A stretch of DNA of 64,000 bases from Perkinsela sp. CCAP 1560/9 (lineage: Eukaryota; Protista; Euglenozoa: Kinetoplastea), in assembly GCA_965644495.1 (NCBI GenBank), contig CBFFSA010000001.1:4071368-4135367 (forward strand). Reading direction: 5' to 3'. The notes under the pieces were generated by a model, which saw only the letters and a list, made by a program, of their open reading frames with translations, had not been told where the DNA came from and did not search any database. Shown here piece after piece: positions 48,884 through 62,500 of this stretch (position 1 is the stretch's first letter; every line of letters starts with the position of its first letter). Position numbers and translations under genes: made by a program.

Positions 48884-51024
48884 CTTGATTTCCTATAGTT
48901 CAAACGTTGAACCCTTGAAAGGGTACTCAACTCATCAGCGTCGGAAATGCTCCGAGCAAGATTTTTTCCATGTCGGTATTTACTCCTTGAGTAAACCTTC
49001 TTTTTGTTTCAGTTGCATCGCCACGGCATGCGTAATTTGCGCACCCGCCGGCGCATTGCTTACAGGGCTGTGGTCAGTTACAAATTATCGTGTGATCTCA
49101 CCGCGAAGATCGCTATGTAACGTATAGGAAGCCACTGCCTGGGTGGCCATGCTGTTGATGGCGTTTTCACCTTCCTGGGAAACAGATCTATCCCAAAGAT
49201 GTGAGACAACGTCTCTACAATGTTTTTCGGTAACAACGTTGATCTTTCCTTCCTCTTTCAGTTGAGCATACACGTGGTTATGCTCACAGAGGAAGTTTAC
49301 CCAGGTGTTCGGAGTCTCTGATTTCACCCCGAATATGCCACTCAGCTGTGCAGAACATAGTCTTTGACTACGCTTTATTCGCCGTTCGTTGGCTATCCAA
49401 ACAATTTGGATGCTCTTAATCGCGACCTCGAGATCAGGAACTCTTTCGAGTTGCAAGAGCTCAAGGGTTTCGCGTTCTGTAGCCGTCGCATGTCCAGTGA
49501 ACTTCGTGTCTGGCCTTAAGGATGCGGCATATGCGCCACCTTTCCTATGTACACTGATGATTGTGCAGTGTAAAAACACCTTTTGAAGAAGAATCTCTTC
49601 TACCAGCGTGGGTGCTGGAAGGCGATTTGTAGAAGGTTATTCTACTGGACCTCGGGGAATTCTCCCTTTTTTGTCCATTATTCTTTGATCCTTTGCACAA
49701 AGTTGCGCTTCGAGATTCGGAAGGTCACTTTCGAGAATAACTTTACAAGAATCACAACTTGTATCACAACTTGCGATACGTTGATCGTCGTTCATTCTCT
49801 TTTTGTACCTTTTCATGCACTCTTCTTGAGCTTCCGTACTGACTGAAAAATCTTCCAAAGGAAGACGATCAATGTAGGAACTCTCATAGAAGTATTTGAG
49901 TGCGTCTTTTGGATTGCGCTCAATGTCAAAACGTGTTCGACGTGAGCCATCTCCATTGACTTCGTATGTGTCAAAATTGACAATACGTTTCGCGATGCAA
50001 CATCATTCAAGCCAGTACCGAAGTTCATTGGCTGAAGATTCTTTGCATATTTCGTTTGTGTGAAAGATGGTATTTTCACACATCTGCATGGTAGCATATG
50101 CTGCACTGTCAATAGTGCTAGCATTCGTCACATTCGTGACAGTTGCAGGAGAGAAAAACGCACCTTTAGGACCACTCGAGCGCCCCCTCTTTTTTTTGCA
50201 AAGCGATTTGCAAACCCCAATTTTCCAGAGGGAACATGTTTTGACTATGTAACCCAGGTCGAAGGGGACGAGGGAGATACCAATAGTGTAGGTGCGACAG
50301 TTTCCCACAGGAAATACGGTATCTCCCTTATGGCATGAAGACAGGCTCCGAAAAAGGTGGAGATGCCGTTTTTCCCGAGGGAAACTGCCGCACTTTCACT
50401 ATTGGTATCTCCCTCGTCCCCTTCAACCTGGGTCACGTTCTGCCCGTTTCGGCCAATCACGGTCTTGCGTGATAGTGTAGGCTATAGCTCCAAGAGAGAG
50501 CTCACCTTCATCGTTTCCTACTAAATGAACTGGCGTAGTAGCCATGCTTCCAATATTGTAGACTGTTCGAATTGCCGCTATCTGTGTTTCCATAGAAGAT
50601 GTGCAATTGTATGTGAACACTCGTCGTTTAGTCAGACATACCATGGCGAGAGTATCGCCATTGCCTTTGACGTAAACGACGTTATGTCCATCATGATATC
50701 TCTGAATAGAGCATCTTTTATCTCCATCGTTTTGGAGGATTTTATCACAAACAATGTGTGAATTGATGAGAATATTCTCAATCAGTTGAAAAGATGTGAG
50801 TGTTAGCGTGGAGCATTGCTTCACACGTTCCAGCTCATCATCCTGTGATATTGCATGAACTCTGTTACGCTCAGCTTGTGTGATTCGAAGTCGAAAAGCC
50901 CGAGCTTTAGCATGCCGCGGATGACGGTAAAAATGCTTTTGAGGCCCCTTAAACGTGAACATTTGTTCGATAGCGCACAAAGTGCACTTGAACTTGTTCG
51001 GTTGTGTGATTCGTACTCGAGAGG
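48884..51024 (-). pseudogene. Tandem-duplicated Helitron N-terminal fragment, lacking the Rep motifs
   Basis: ORFs recur at offset +5139 (e.g. 45284..45841 and 50423..50980). Confidence 0.85.
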
Positions 51025-54000
51025 TGATCTCGAGTACGTCTTATGGGAGGTTTCCCTTGCGACTCCTCGAAGAAGGATCATTCTTTGCAATGGGAATGAT
51101 CCCCGCGTCCATGTTCGAAAACATGTTTACGCATGTACTCATACTTGAAAGTATGATTCTCAGGGTTTTGATCTCCCTGTGTTGTATCACATTTCGTGCA
51201 TTGAAAGCCTGCTGACATGGTGCCTTTCACCTCAAGGTCTAACCACATGTCATAAATCGCCTTCTCGGTAAGGTGATTCGTACTCGAGAGGAACAGAGTA
51301 AAAGTATAGCAACTTTTAAGAGCCTGGTTAAGGAGCATAGAGCAGAAGTCGAGACGGAAATCACCAATGAATGTGTAGAGCTCGAAAAAAGTATTAAGAA
51401 AAACCACTCGAACCCATGGAGAACACTACGGCAAGTGTGCGGAACTTACCGCGTGTCCTTCACTATGCCCGGTAATGCAAAGAAAAATAAGCCCCAAGAG
51501 GTACGTAAGCACTTTATGAATTTCACAGGGTACGATCGGGGAGACCCCAACATTTCTTTTAGTGAAGTACATCTTCCCTTTATACCAATGCACGTAAAAT
51601 ATGATAAGGCAACATTTAGAACACATAAAAAAATTAACAAAAAAAATATATTTTTTAAGTAAAATAATGCTTCACTTTCGCCGAAACCTCGTACTACGCC
51701 GGTTGAAACTTTCAACACCCCCCTTCTCCAAACTTGCATACGGTTTACAAAAATTCGAAGAGCAATTAAGCGACTGATTTACTTTCTCGTGTTTTGAAAA
51801 CTCGGTTCCGTTATCATATGTGATGGAGTGAACCAAGAAACCTTGAAGAGCACTTGTTATGTTTTCAGCGAACAGTGCCGATTTCTTGCATTTAAGCTTC
51901 TTTATTATCCCTCTTCGCCCAACCAAGGTGAGGAAGAATCCGCTGTGTCTTGTGCCTTCTATAAGGTCACATTCCAAATCGCCGTATCGCTCCCGATTGT
52001 TAACAATATTCGGTCGCTCCTCAATGTCGGTGTGGTTCGGAATACCGGTACGGTTGGTTCCCCGACGGCGACGTTGACCACGTCTTCCTCCACGGTGCAG
52101 GCAACTCTCCAAGTTCCCATGTTGACCATCATCCCGCTTGATAAACCCGTATTGCGGTGGTTGTAAAACTACCGCTCTACCCTCGATTATTGCGGTGGTT
52201 GTAAAACTACCGCTTTACCCTCGATTATTGCGGTGGTTGTAAAACCACCGCGCTACCCTCGATTATTGAAAAAAAAGTGAACAAAAATAGTGAAACTATA
52301 AAGAGGAACACAGTAATATAATAGAAGAAAAAAATATAAAAGCGGGCTCCGGTGGTCCAAAACTGAAAAAAAAAATTGAAAAAAATGGGGGGTCCATGGG
52401 GGGGGGTCCAGGGGGGGGGGTCCAGGGGGGGTCCAGGGGGGGCTCCATGGGGGGGGGCCAGGGGGGGGGTCATGGTCGAGCAAAATTTTTCGAAAAATTT
52501 AGTTTTCGAAAAAAAACCGCAGAAAGGGTAGCCGGGGTCTTGGCGCGCATTTTCCACCCCCCTACCCGGGGGTGACCCCTCCGCTGACAATGCCTGCATA
52601 GGAGAAGAACTGCACAATCATGTTCGGTGATCATTAGAGGGGCCTCTACGATACCGTTGTCGAACTCAGAGTCTTGTGACGAATCATCGTCACTGATTTC
52701 TAGTTCTGTGTGATCTGACTCACTTGAGATGTTTTCCTGGAACTCCATTACACGGTTCATATTGATCCATGTGAAGCTATGGCTCATGTACTCGGAGGGT
52801 TGGCCGAGACAAAAGGCAGTTGCCATTTCGATTCAAATTGTTTAAGGATTTTGTGCGTGTGAGACATCGAAATATTAATTCGAAATTTCCTGTTACTGTA
52901 GAACTCTTTTCCTACAATTTCTTCTATGTCTTCTGAGTCATCGTGGTCCGCATCGCAGGGGTCGTCCGCTGTATCGCTTTCCGGGGCCGGGGGTGGAGGA
53001 AGCCAATTGAGCTCTAATACAGCTCTGGGCAAGGCGTATCACTACAGTGAATGCTGCAAAATCCAAGAATCCAAATCATTCCGGATTGCTCCGGATGCTC
53101 ACTGGCAAGCCAAACCCTTCACATACAGATTTGGAAGCTCCGAGGCCGACGTCCTCTACCAGTTTCCGCTTTTGCAAGGCGGCAACAACGTGCTGTTGCC
53201 AACACGCTGCGTCGACAAACTGTACGTCAACACGGCTTACCCAAGAGGTGTAGGCCGGGTTAGGGAGCTGGTTCCCTGAGGGGAGGGTCCAGGACGGCCC
53301 TCCGAGTACTGGGCCTAGTCGGTTATCAGCCCAGCCTCTTAGAGTGAGGCCGCCAGGAATATTGCGATGAGCGGGTTTGAACTCGCCGTCTGAGCACCAT
53401 GTGCTTGAAACTTTGAGTTCTTTCCACTCCGCCACCTCCACCCACTTCGCCACCTCCACCCACTCCGCCACCTCCACCCTTTAAGCCCCAGCTGCAAGGG
53501 GGCTCCGGTGGTCCAAAACTGAAAAAAAAAATCAAAAAAATGGAGGGTCTAGGGGGGGTCCATGGAGGGGTCTAAGAGGGGGCCCAGGGGGCGCATACCG
53601 ATTTCGAAAAAAATCCTCAGAAGCGGTAGCCGGGGTCTTGGCGCGCATTTTCCACCCCCCTACCTGGGGGTGACCCCCCCGCGTATCCGCAGGACGTGTC
53701 CGACAAATTTGGATTTTTTCGGAAAAAAAGAATTTTGAAAAAAAATTCAACATGGCGAAAAAAATGAAAAAAACAATATTTTTCCAAAATATTTTCGCCT
53801 TTTGTATTTTGATAGTTTGGGACATATACTAGCTTTAACCGCAGTTGTTTTCGCAAGAGATCCCATCTTCGAGCCGTGGTATGCCCGCGAAAATGACCCA
53901 TTTTTGACCAAAAAAAGGTGAAAGGTAATTTTCGGACCCAAAGAGGCCTTTTTGTGTCTAAACGATGGCGTGGTTGCAGTCGCATTCTCTGCGCAATACG

Positions 54001-54678
54001 TTTGGTAGGCTTGAATTCATATCTTGATTTCCTATAGTTCAAACGTTGAACCCTTGAAAGGGTACTCAACTCATCAGCGTCGGAAATGCTCCGAGCAAGA
54101 TTTTTTCCATGTCGGTATTTACTCCTTGAGTAAACCTTCTTTTTGTTTCAGTTGCATCGCCACGGCATGCGTAATTTGCGCACCCGCCGGCGCATTGCTT
54201 ACAGGGCTGTGGTCAGTTACAAATGATCGTGTGATCTCACCGCGAAGATCGCTATGTAGCGTATAGGAAGCCACTGCCTGGGTGGCCATGCTGTTGATGG
54301 CGTTTTCACCTTCCTGGGAAACAGATCTATCCCAAAGATGTGAGACAACGTCTCTACAATGTTTTTCGGTAACAACGTTGATCTTTCCTTCCTCTTTCAG
54401 TTGAGCATACACGTGGTTATGCTCACAGAGGAAGTTTACCCAGGTGTTCGGAGTCTCTGATTTCACCCCGAATATGCCACTCAGCTGTGCAGAACATAGT
54501 CTTTGACTACGCTTTATTCGCCGTTCGTTGGCTATCCAAACAATTTGGATGCTCTTAATCGCGACCTCGAGATCAGGAACTCTTTCGAGTTGCAAGAGCT
54601 CAAGGGTTTCGCGTTCTGTAGCCGTCGCATGTCCAGTGAACTTCGTGTCTGGCCTTAAGGATGCGGCATATGCGCCAC

Positions 54679-55901
54679 AACGAACTGTGCATTTGCTAAC
54701 GTTTCCCCGCATACGCATTGCACTATAGGGCTCGAAACGGGGGCAATCATATAGCGCATCCGCGCCGCTGTTTGTCATTCCGAGTTTCGTAGGTAGTACT
54801 CGCCTCGATTTATCCATGCTTCCATCCAGTAGCCAGTCCTCTTATCCATGAGTTGTAGTGCATGTACTTGGTTAGTAGGAGTGCTCTCTTTTTCTACTTC
54901 CGGACCCCTGCTGAGGTGCTTCTCCAAATAGGATCTTCCATACGAAAAGGTATTAGCCCTCGAGTAGAGAGTTTCAGCCTGCGTGGAATAAGGCTGTGCT
55001 CCCAGGGGGTTCGCCGTCATATGGCGATTGTGAAACGGGTTCCCCTCTAGGTTCCCAAAGCCTCCCAACAGTTCAGTAACACATCTCTCGACAGCCTCAT
55101 CGGCAAGCTTATTTGCAGCCGCCGTAACACCCGGCTCATGACATCGCAGGAGATAGATCCACTTTGGAATTCCACATCGCTTCAACAGCGTATAAGCGCT
55201 TTGTAGTGAAAGTTGCTGTAGGCGTTCCAAGAACGAGCGTAGCTTCGGAAGCTGCTGTAGTAACCAACCCGATTCTTCCTTTTTCTCATTTGAAACAAAT
55301 GCACCAAGCAACTTTTGACCTTTGTCTTCCTGCCGGATTTTCTTGTCTTTGAATAGAAGGTATTGCTCTGCGCAGTGAGTCGAGAGCTTGCACTTCGATT
55401 CGTTGATTTCCAGACCTACTTGCGAGGCCCCAGCCATAAGTTTTTCGTACGCCTGTATTACTCTTTCCGGGTTACCCACGATTGTAACATCGTCCAGATA
55501 GGCCCATATCTTAAGGTCACTGTAATCTGCTTTCACACCATCAAGAATCCCCTGAATAGCTATAGAAAACAGCATTGGGCCGAGGGGATCTCCTTGTCTG
55601 ACACCTCGAACGGCTTTAAACGGTGGGTGGGTCGGAGATGTCGGAATAAGCGTGTTCGGAGTGCCATATATAAAAGAGGTTATGCCACATAACTCGCAGA
55701 GTTCACTCTTCTCCTTTAATGCATTAAAGATTGCCTGTCTCTCTAATGAGTTGAAAGCGTTACTCATATCTATTGACAGCAGAACGGCTGTATCTGTACC
55801 GCGAAAGGCGTCACGCGCTCATAAAACGATTTTCGGGCCGCCATCTCTAGTTCCTACTCCCATTTGTGTTTCTGCCAACATTTTGCTGGTCTCCAATTCA
55901 T
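54679..55901 (-). pseudogene. Mirror copy of the CRE-clade RT fragment
   Basis: ORF 54775..55767(-) has a translation identical to 32905..33897(+). Confidence 0.88.
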
Positions 55902-56567
55902 GGTCATGGTCGAGCAAATTTTTTCGAAAAAATTAGTTTTCGAAAAAAAACCGCAGAAAGGGTAGCCGGGGTCTTGGCGCGCATTTTCCACCCCCCTACC
56001 CGGGGGTGACACCCCCGCGTATCCGCAGGACGGGTCCGCCAAGTTCGGATTTTTTCGGAAAAACATTTTGAAAAAAAATTCAACTTGGCGAAAAAAATGA
56101 CAAAAAAGAAATATTTTTCCAAAATCGTTTCCCCTATTGTATTTGGATAGTTTGGGACCTACACTAGCTTTCTCTGCAGTTGTTTTCTCAAGGTATCAAT
56201 AATCACTTCTTCGAGCCGTGGTGCGCCCCTCAAAATGACCCATTTTTGACTAAAAAAGGTGAAAAAGTATTTTTCGGACCTGAAGGGGCATTTTTGTGAC
56301 GAAAGAATGGTATGGTTGGAGTCGCATTCTCTACCCAATACGTTCGACAGGCTTTCATTCATGCCTACGAGTGATTTCCCACGCACAAATGTCGGATTTA
56401 GTGCTCTGACAGCAAAAATACGCGAAAATCACTCCATTTTTACCCGAAATTCGGCTATTTTTGGCTATAATCTTTTCATTTTCCAGGCTAAATTTTCTTT
56501 TTTAGGCTCTTCGTTAAACGCGGTGGTTGTTTTCAACTTAGAAGTCACTCATGCTGCGCGCTTCGCG

Positions 56568-59500
56568 TTTACAAAACACTCCATCTTTGCTAAAAACTCG
56601 ATCTTTACAAAACACTCGATCTTTGTTAAAAAACTCGATCTTTACTAAAAATTAGATCTTTACATAAAACTCGATCTTTACAAAAAACTCGATATTTACA
56701 AAAAACTCGATCGTTACTAAAAACTCGATCTTTACAAAACACTCGATCTTTACAAAAAACTCGATATTTACAAAAAACTCGATCTTTACAAAAAACTCGA
56801 TCTTTACAAAAAACTCGATCTTTACAAAACACTCGATCTTTGCTAAAAACTCGATCTTTACTAAAAACTCGATGTTTACAAAACACTCGATCTTTACAAA
56901 AAACTCGATCTTTACAAAAAACTCGATCTTTACAAAAAACTCGATCTTTACAAAAAGGTCGATCTTTACAAAAAACTCGATCTTTACAAAAAACTGGATC
57001 TTTACAAAACACTCGATCTTTGCTAAAAACTCGATCTTTACAAAAAACTCGATCTTTACTAAAAACTCGATCTTTACAAAACACTCGATCTTTACAAAAA
57101 ACTCGATCTCTACAAAAAACTCGATCTTTGTTAAAAAACTCGATCTTTACTAAAAATTAGATCTTTACATAAAACTCGATCTTTACAAAAAACTCGATAT
57201 TTACAAAAAACTCGATCTTTACAAAAAACTCGATCTTTACAAAACACTCGATCTTTGCTAAAAACTCGATCTTTACTAAAAACGCGATGTTTACAAAACA
57301 CTCGATCTTTACAAAAAACTCGATCTTTACAAAAAACTCGATCTTTACAAAAAACTCGATCTTTACAAAAAGGTCGATCTTTACAAAAAACTCGATCTTT
57401 ACAAAAAACTCGATCTTTACAAAAAACTCGATATTTACAAAACACTCGATCTTTGCTAAAAACTCGATCTTTACAAAACACTCGATCTTTACAAAACACT
57501 CGACCTTTACAAAAAACTCGATCTCTACAAAAAACTCGATCTTTACAAAAAGGTCGATCTTTACTAAAAACTCGATCTTTACAAAACACTCGATCTTTAT
57601 TAAAAACTCGATCTTTACAAAACACTCGATCTTTACAAAAAACTCGATCTTTACAAAACACTCAATCTTTACTAAAAACTCGATCTTTACAAAACACTCG
57701 ATCTTTACAAAAAACTCGATCTCTACAAAAAGGTCCATCTTTACTAAAAACTCGATATTTACGAAACACTCGATCTTTACAAAAAACTCGATCTTTACAA
57801 AAAACTCGATCTTTACAAAAACCTCGATCTTTACTAAAAACTCGATCTTTACAAAACACTCGATCTTTACAAAAAACTCGATATTTACAAAAGATTCGAT
57901 CTTTACAAAACACTCGATCTTTACAAAAAACTCGATCTTTACAAAACACTCGATCTTTACAAAAAACTCGATCTTTACAAAAAACTCGATATTTACAAAA
58001 CACTCGATCTTTGCTAAAAACTCGATCTTTACAAAACACTCGATCTTTGCAAAACACTCGATTTTTACTAAAAACTCGATCTTTACAAAAAACTCGATCT
58101 TTACAAAAAACTCGATATTTGCTAAAAACTCGATCTTTACAAAACACTCGATCTTTACAAAACACTCGATTTTTACTAAAAACTCGATCTTTACAAAAAA
58201 CTCGATCTTTACAAAAAGGTCGATCTTTACTAAAAACTCGATATTTACGAAACACTCGATCTTTACTAAAAACTCGATCTTTACAAAACACTCGATCTTT
58301 ACAAAAAACTCGATCTTTACAAAAAACTCGATATTTACAAAAGATTCGATCTTTACAAAACACTCGATCTTTACAAAAAACTCGATCTTTACAAAACACT
58401 TGATCTTTACAAAAAAATCGATCTCTACAAAAAACTCGATATTTACAAAACACTCGATCTTTACAAAAAACCCGATCTTTACAAAACACTCGATCTTTAC
58501 AAAAAACTCGATCTCTACAAAAAACTCGATCTTTACAAAAAACTCGATCTCTACAAAAAGGTCGATCTTTACTAAAAACTCGATATTTACGAAACACTCG
58601 ATCTTTACAAAAAACTCGATCTTTACAAAAAACTGGATCTTTACAAAAACCTCGATCTTTACAAAAAACTCGATCTTTACAAAAAACTCGATCTTTACTA
58701 AAAACTCGATCTTTACAAAACACTCGATCTTTACAAAAAACCCGATCTTTACAAAAAACTCGATCTTTACAAAAAACTCGATCTTTGCTAAAAACTAGAT
58801 CTTTACAAAAAACTCGATCTTTACTAAAAACTCGATCTTTACAAAACACTCGATCTTTACAAAAAACTCGATCTTTACAAAAAACTCGATCTTTACAAAA
58901 AACTCGATCTTTACAAAAAGGTCGATCTTTACTAAAAACTCGATCTTTACAAAAAACTCGATCTTTACAAAAAACTCGATCTTTACAAAAAACTCGATCT
59001 TTACAAAAAGGTCGATCTTTACTAAAAACTCGATCTTTACAAAAAACTCGATCTTTACAAAAAACTCGATCTTTACAAAACACTCGATCTTTACAAAAAA
59101 CTCGATCATTACAAAACACTCGATCTTTACAAAAAGGTCGATCTTTACTAAAAACTCGATCTTTACAAAAAACTCGATCTTTACAAAAACCTCGATCTTC
59201 ACAAAAAACTCGATATTTACAAAAGATTCGATCTTTACAAAACACTCGATCTTTACAAAAAACTCGATCTTTACAAAACACTCGATCTTTACAAAAAACT
59301 CGATCTCTACAAAAAACTCGATCTTTACAAAATACTCGATCTTTACAAAAACCTCGATCTTTACAAAAAACACGATCTTTACGAAAAACTCGATCTTTAC
59401 AAAAAACTCGATCTTTGCCAAAAACTCGATCTTTACAAAACACTCGATCTTTACAAAAAACTCGATCTTTACAAAAAACTCGATCTTTACAAAAAACTCG

Positions 59501-62500
59501 ATCTTTGCTAAAAACTCGATCTTTACAAAAAACTCGATCTTTACAAAACACTCGATCTTTACGAAAAACTCGATCATTGCTAAAAACTCGATCTTTACAA
59601 AAAACTCGATCTTTACAAAACACTCGATCTTTACAAAAAACTCGATATTTACGAAACACTCGATATTTACAAAAGATTCGATCTTTACAAAACACTCGAT
59701 CTTTACAAAACACTCGATCTTTACAAAAAACTCGATCATTGCTAAAAACTCGATCTTTACAAAAAACTCGATCTTAACAAAACACTCGATCTTTACGAAA
59801 AACTCGATATTTACGAAACACTCTATCTTTACAAAACACTCGATCTTTGCTAAAAAAACTCGATCTTTACAAAAAACTCGATCTTTACAAAAAACTCGAT
59901 CTTTGCTAAAAACTCGATCTTTATAAAACACTCGATCTTTACAAAAAACTCGATCATTGCTAAAAACTCGATCTTTACAAAAAACTCGATCTTTACAAAA
60001 CACACGATCTTTACAAAAAACTCGATATTTACGAAACACTCGATATTTACAAAAGATTCGATCTTTACAAAACACTCGATCTTTACAAAACACTCGATCT
60101 TTACAAAAAACTCGATCATTGCTAAAAACTCGATCTTTACAAAAAACTCGATCTTTACAAAACACTCGATCTTTACAAAACACTCGATCTTTACGAAAAA
60201 CTCGATATTTACGAAACACTCGATCATTGCTAAAAACTCGATCTTTACAAAAAACTCGATCTTTACAAAACACTCGATCTTTACGAAAAACTCGATATTT
60301 ACGAAACACTCGATCTTTACAAAACACTCGATCTTTGCTAAAAAAACTCGATCTTTACAAAAAACTCGATCTTTACTAAAAACTCGATCTTTACAAAAAA
60401 CTCGATCTTTGCTAAAAACTCGATCTTTATAAAACACTCGATCTTTACAAAAAACTCGATCATTGCTAAAAACTCGATCTTTACAAAAAACTCGATCTTT
60501 ACAAAAAACTCGATCTTTACAAAACACTCGTTCTTTACAAAAAACTCGATATTTACGAAACACTCGATATTTACAAAAGATTCGATCTTTACAAAACACT
60601 CGATCTTTACAAAAAACTCGATCATTGCTAAAAACTCGATCTTTACAAAAAACTCGATATTTACAAAACACTCGATCTTTACAAAAAACTCGATATTTAC
60701 GAAACACTCGATCTTTACAAAACACTCGATCTTTGCTAAAAAAACTCGATCTTTACAAAAAACTCGATCTTTACAAAAAACTCGATCTTTACAAAAAACT
60801 CGATCTTTGCTAAAAACTCGATCTTTATAAAACACTCGATCTTTACAAAAAACTCGATCATTGCTAAAAACTCGATCTTTACAAAAAACTCGATCTTTAC
60901 AAAACACACGATCTTTACAAAAAACTCGATATTTACGAAACACTCGATATTTACAAAAGATTCGATCTTTACAAAACACTCGATCTTTACAAAACACTCG
61001 ATCTTTACAAAAAACTCGATCATTGCTAAAAACTCGATCTTTACAAAAAACTCGATATTTACAAAACACTCGATCTTTACAAAAAACTCGATCTTTACAA
61101 AAAACTCGATCATTGCTAAAAACTCGATCTTTACAAAAAACTCGATCTTTACAAAACACTCGATCTTTACGAAAAACTCGATATTTACGAAACACTCGAT
61201 CTTTACAAAACACGCGATCTTTGCTAAAAAAACTCGATCTTTACAAAAAACTCGATCTTTACAAAACACTCGATCTTTACAAAAAACTCGATATTTACGA
61301 AACACTTGATATTTACAAAAGATTCGATCTTTACAAAACACTCGATCTTTACAAAAAACTCGATCATTGCTAAAAACTCGATCTTTACAAAAAACTCGAT
61401 ATTTACAAAACACTCGATCTTTACAAAAAACTCGATCTTTACAAAAAACTCGATCATTGCTAAAAACTCGATCTTTACGAAAAACTCGATATTTACGAAA
61501 CACTCGATCTTTACAAAACACTCGTTCTTTGCTAAAAACTGGATCTTTACAAAAAACTCGATCTCTACAAAAAACTCGGTCTTTACGAAAAACTCGATAT
61601 TTACGAAACACTCGATCTTTACAAAACACTCGATCTTTACAAAAAACTCGATCTTTGCTAAAAACTCGATCTTTGCTAAAAACTCGATCTTTACTAAAAA
61701 TTCGATCTTTACATAAAACTCGATCTTTACAAAAAACTCGATCTTTACTAAAAACTCGATCTTTACAAAACACTCGATCTTTACAAAAAACTCGATCTTT
61801 ACATAAAACTGGATCTTTACAAAACATTCGATCTTTACAAAAAACTCGATATTTACGAAACACTCGATATTTACAAAAGATTCGATCTTTACAAAAAACT
61901 CGATCTTTACAAAAAACTCGATCTTCAAAAAAAAACTCGATCTTTACAAAAAACTCGATCTTTACAAAAAACTCGATCTTTACAAAACACTCGATCTTTA
62001 CAAAAAACTCGATATTTACGAAACACTCGATATTTACAAAACATTCGATCTTTACAAAACACTCGATCTTTACAAAACACTCGATCTTTACAAAACACTC
62101 GATCTTTACAAAACACTCGATCTTTACAAAAAACTCGATATTTACGAAACACTCGACATTTACAAAAGATTCGATCTTTACATAAAACTGGATCCTGACA
62201 AAAAACTCGATCTTGACAAACAACTCGATCTTTACAAAACACTCGATCTTTACAAAAAACTCGATATTTACGAAACACTCGATATTTACAAATGATTCGA
62301 TCTTTACAAAAAACTCGATCTTTACAAAACACTCGATCTTTACAAACAACTCGATCTTTACAAAAAACTCGATCCTTGCTAAAAACTCGATCTTTATAAA
62401 ACACTCGATCTTTACAAAAAACTCGATCTTTGCTAAAAACTCGATCTTTACAAAAAACTCGATCTTTGCTAAAAACTCGATCTTTACAAAAAACTCGATC

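Larger units (their letters stand above)
43742..54678. repeat. Direct tandem duplication, unit ~5139 bp, ~2.1 copies
   Basis: CTTGATTTC(A/C)TATAGTTC at 43742, 48884 and 54023; intervening ORFs repeat at +5139. Confidence 0.96.
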
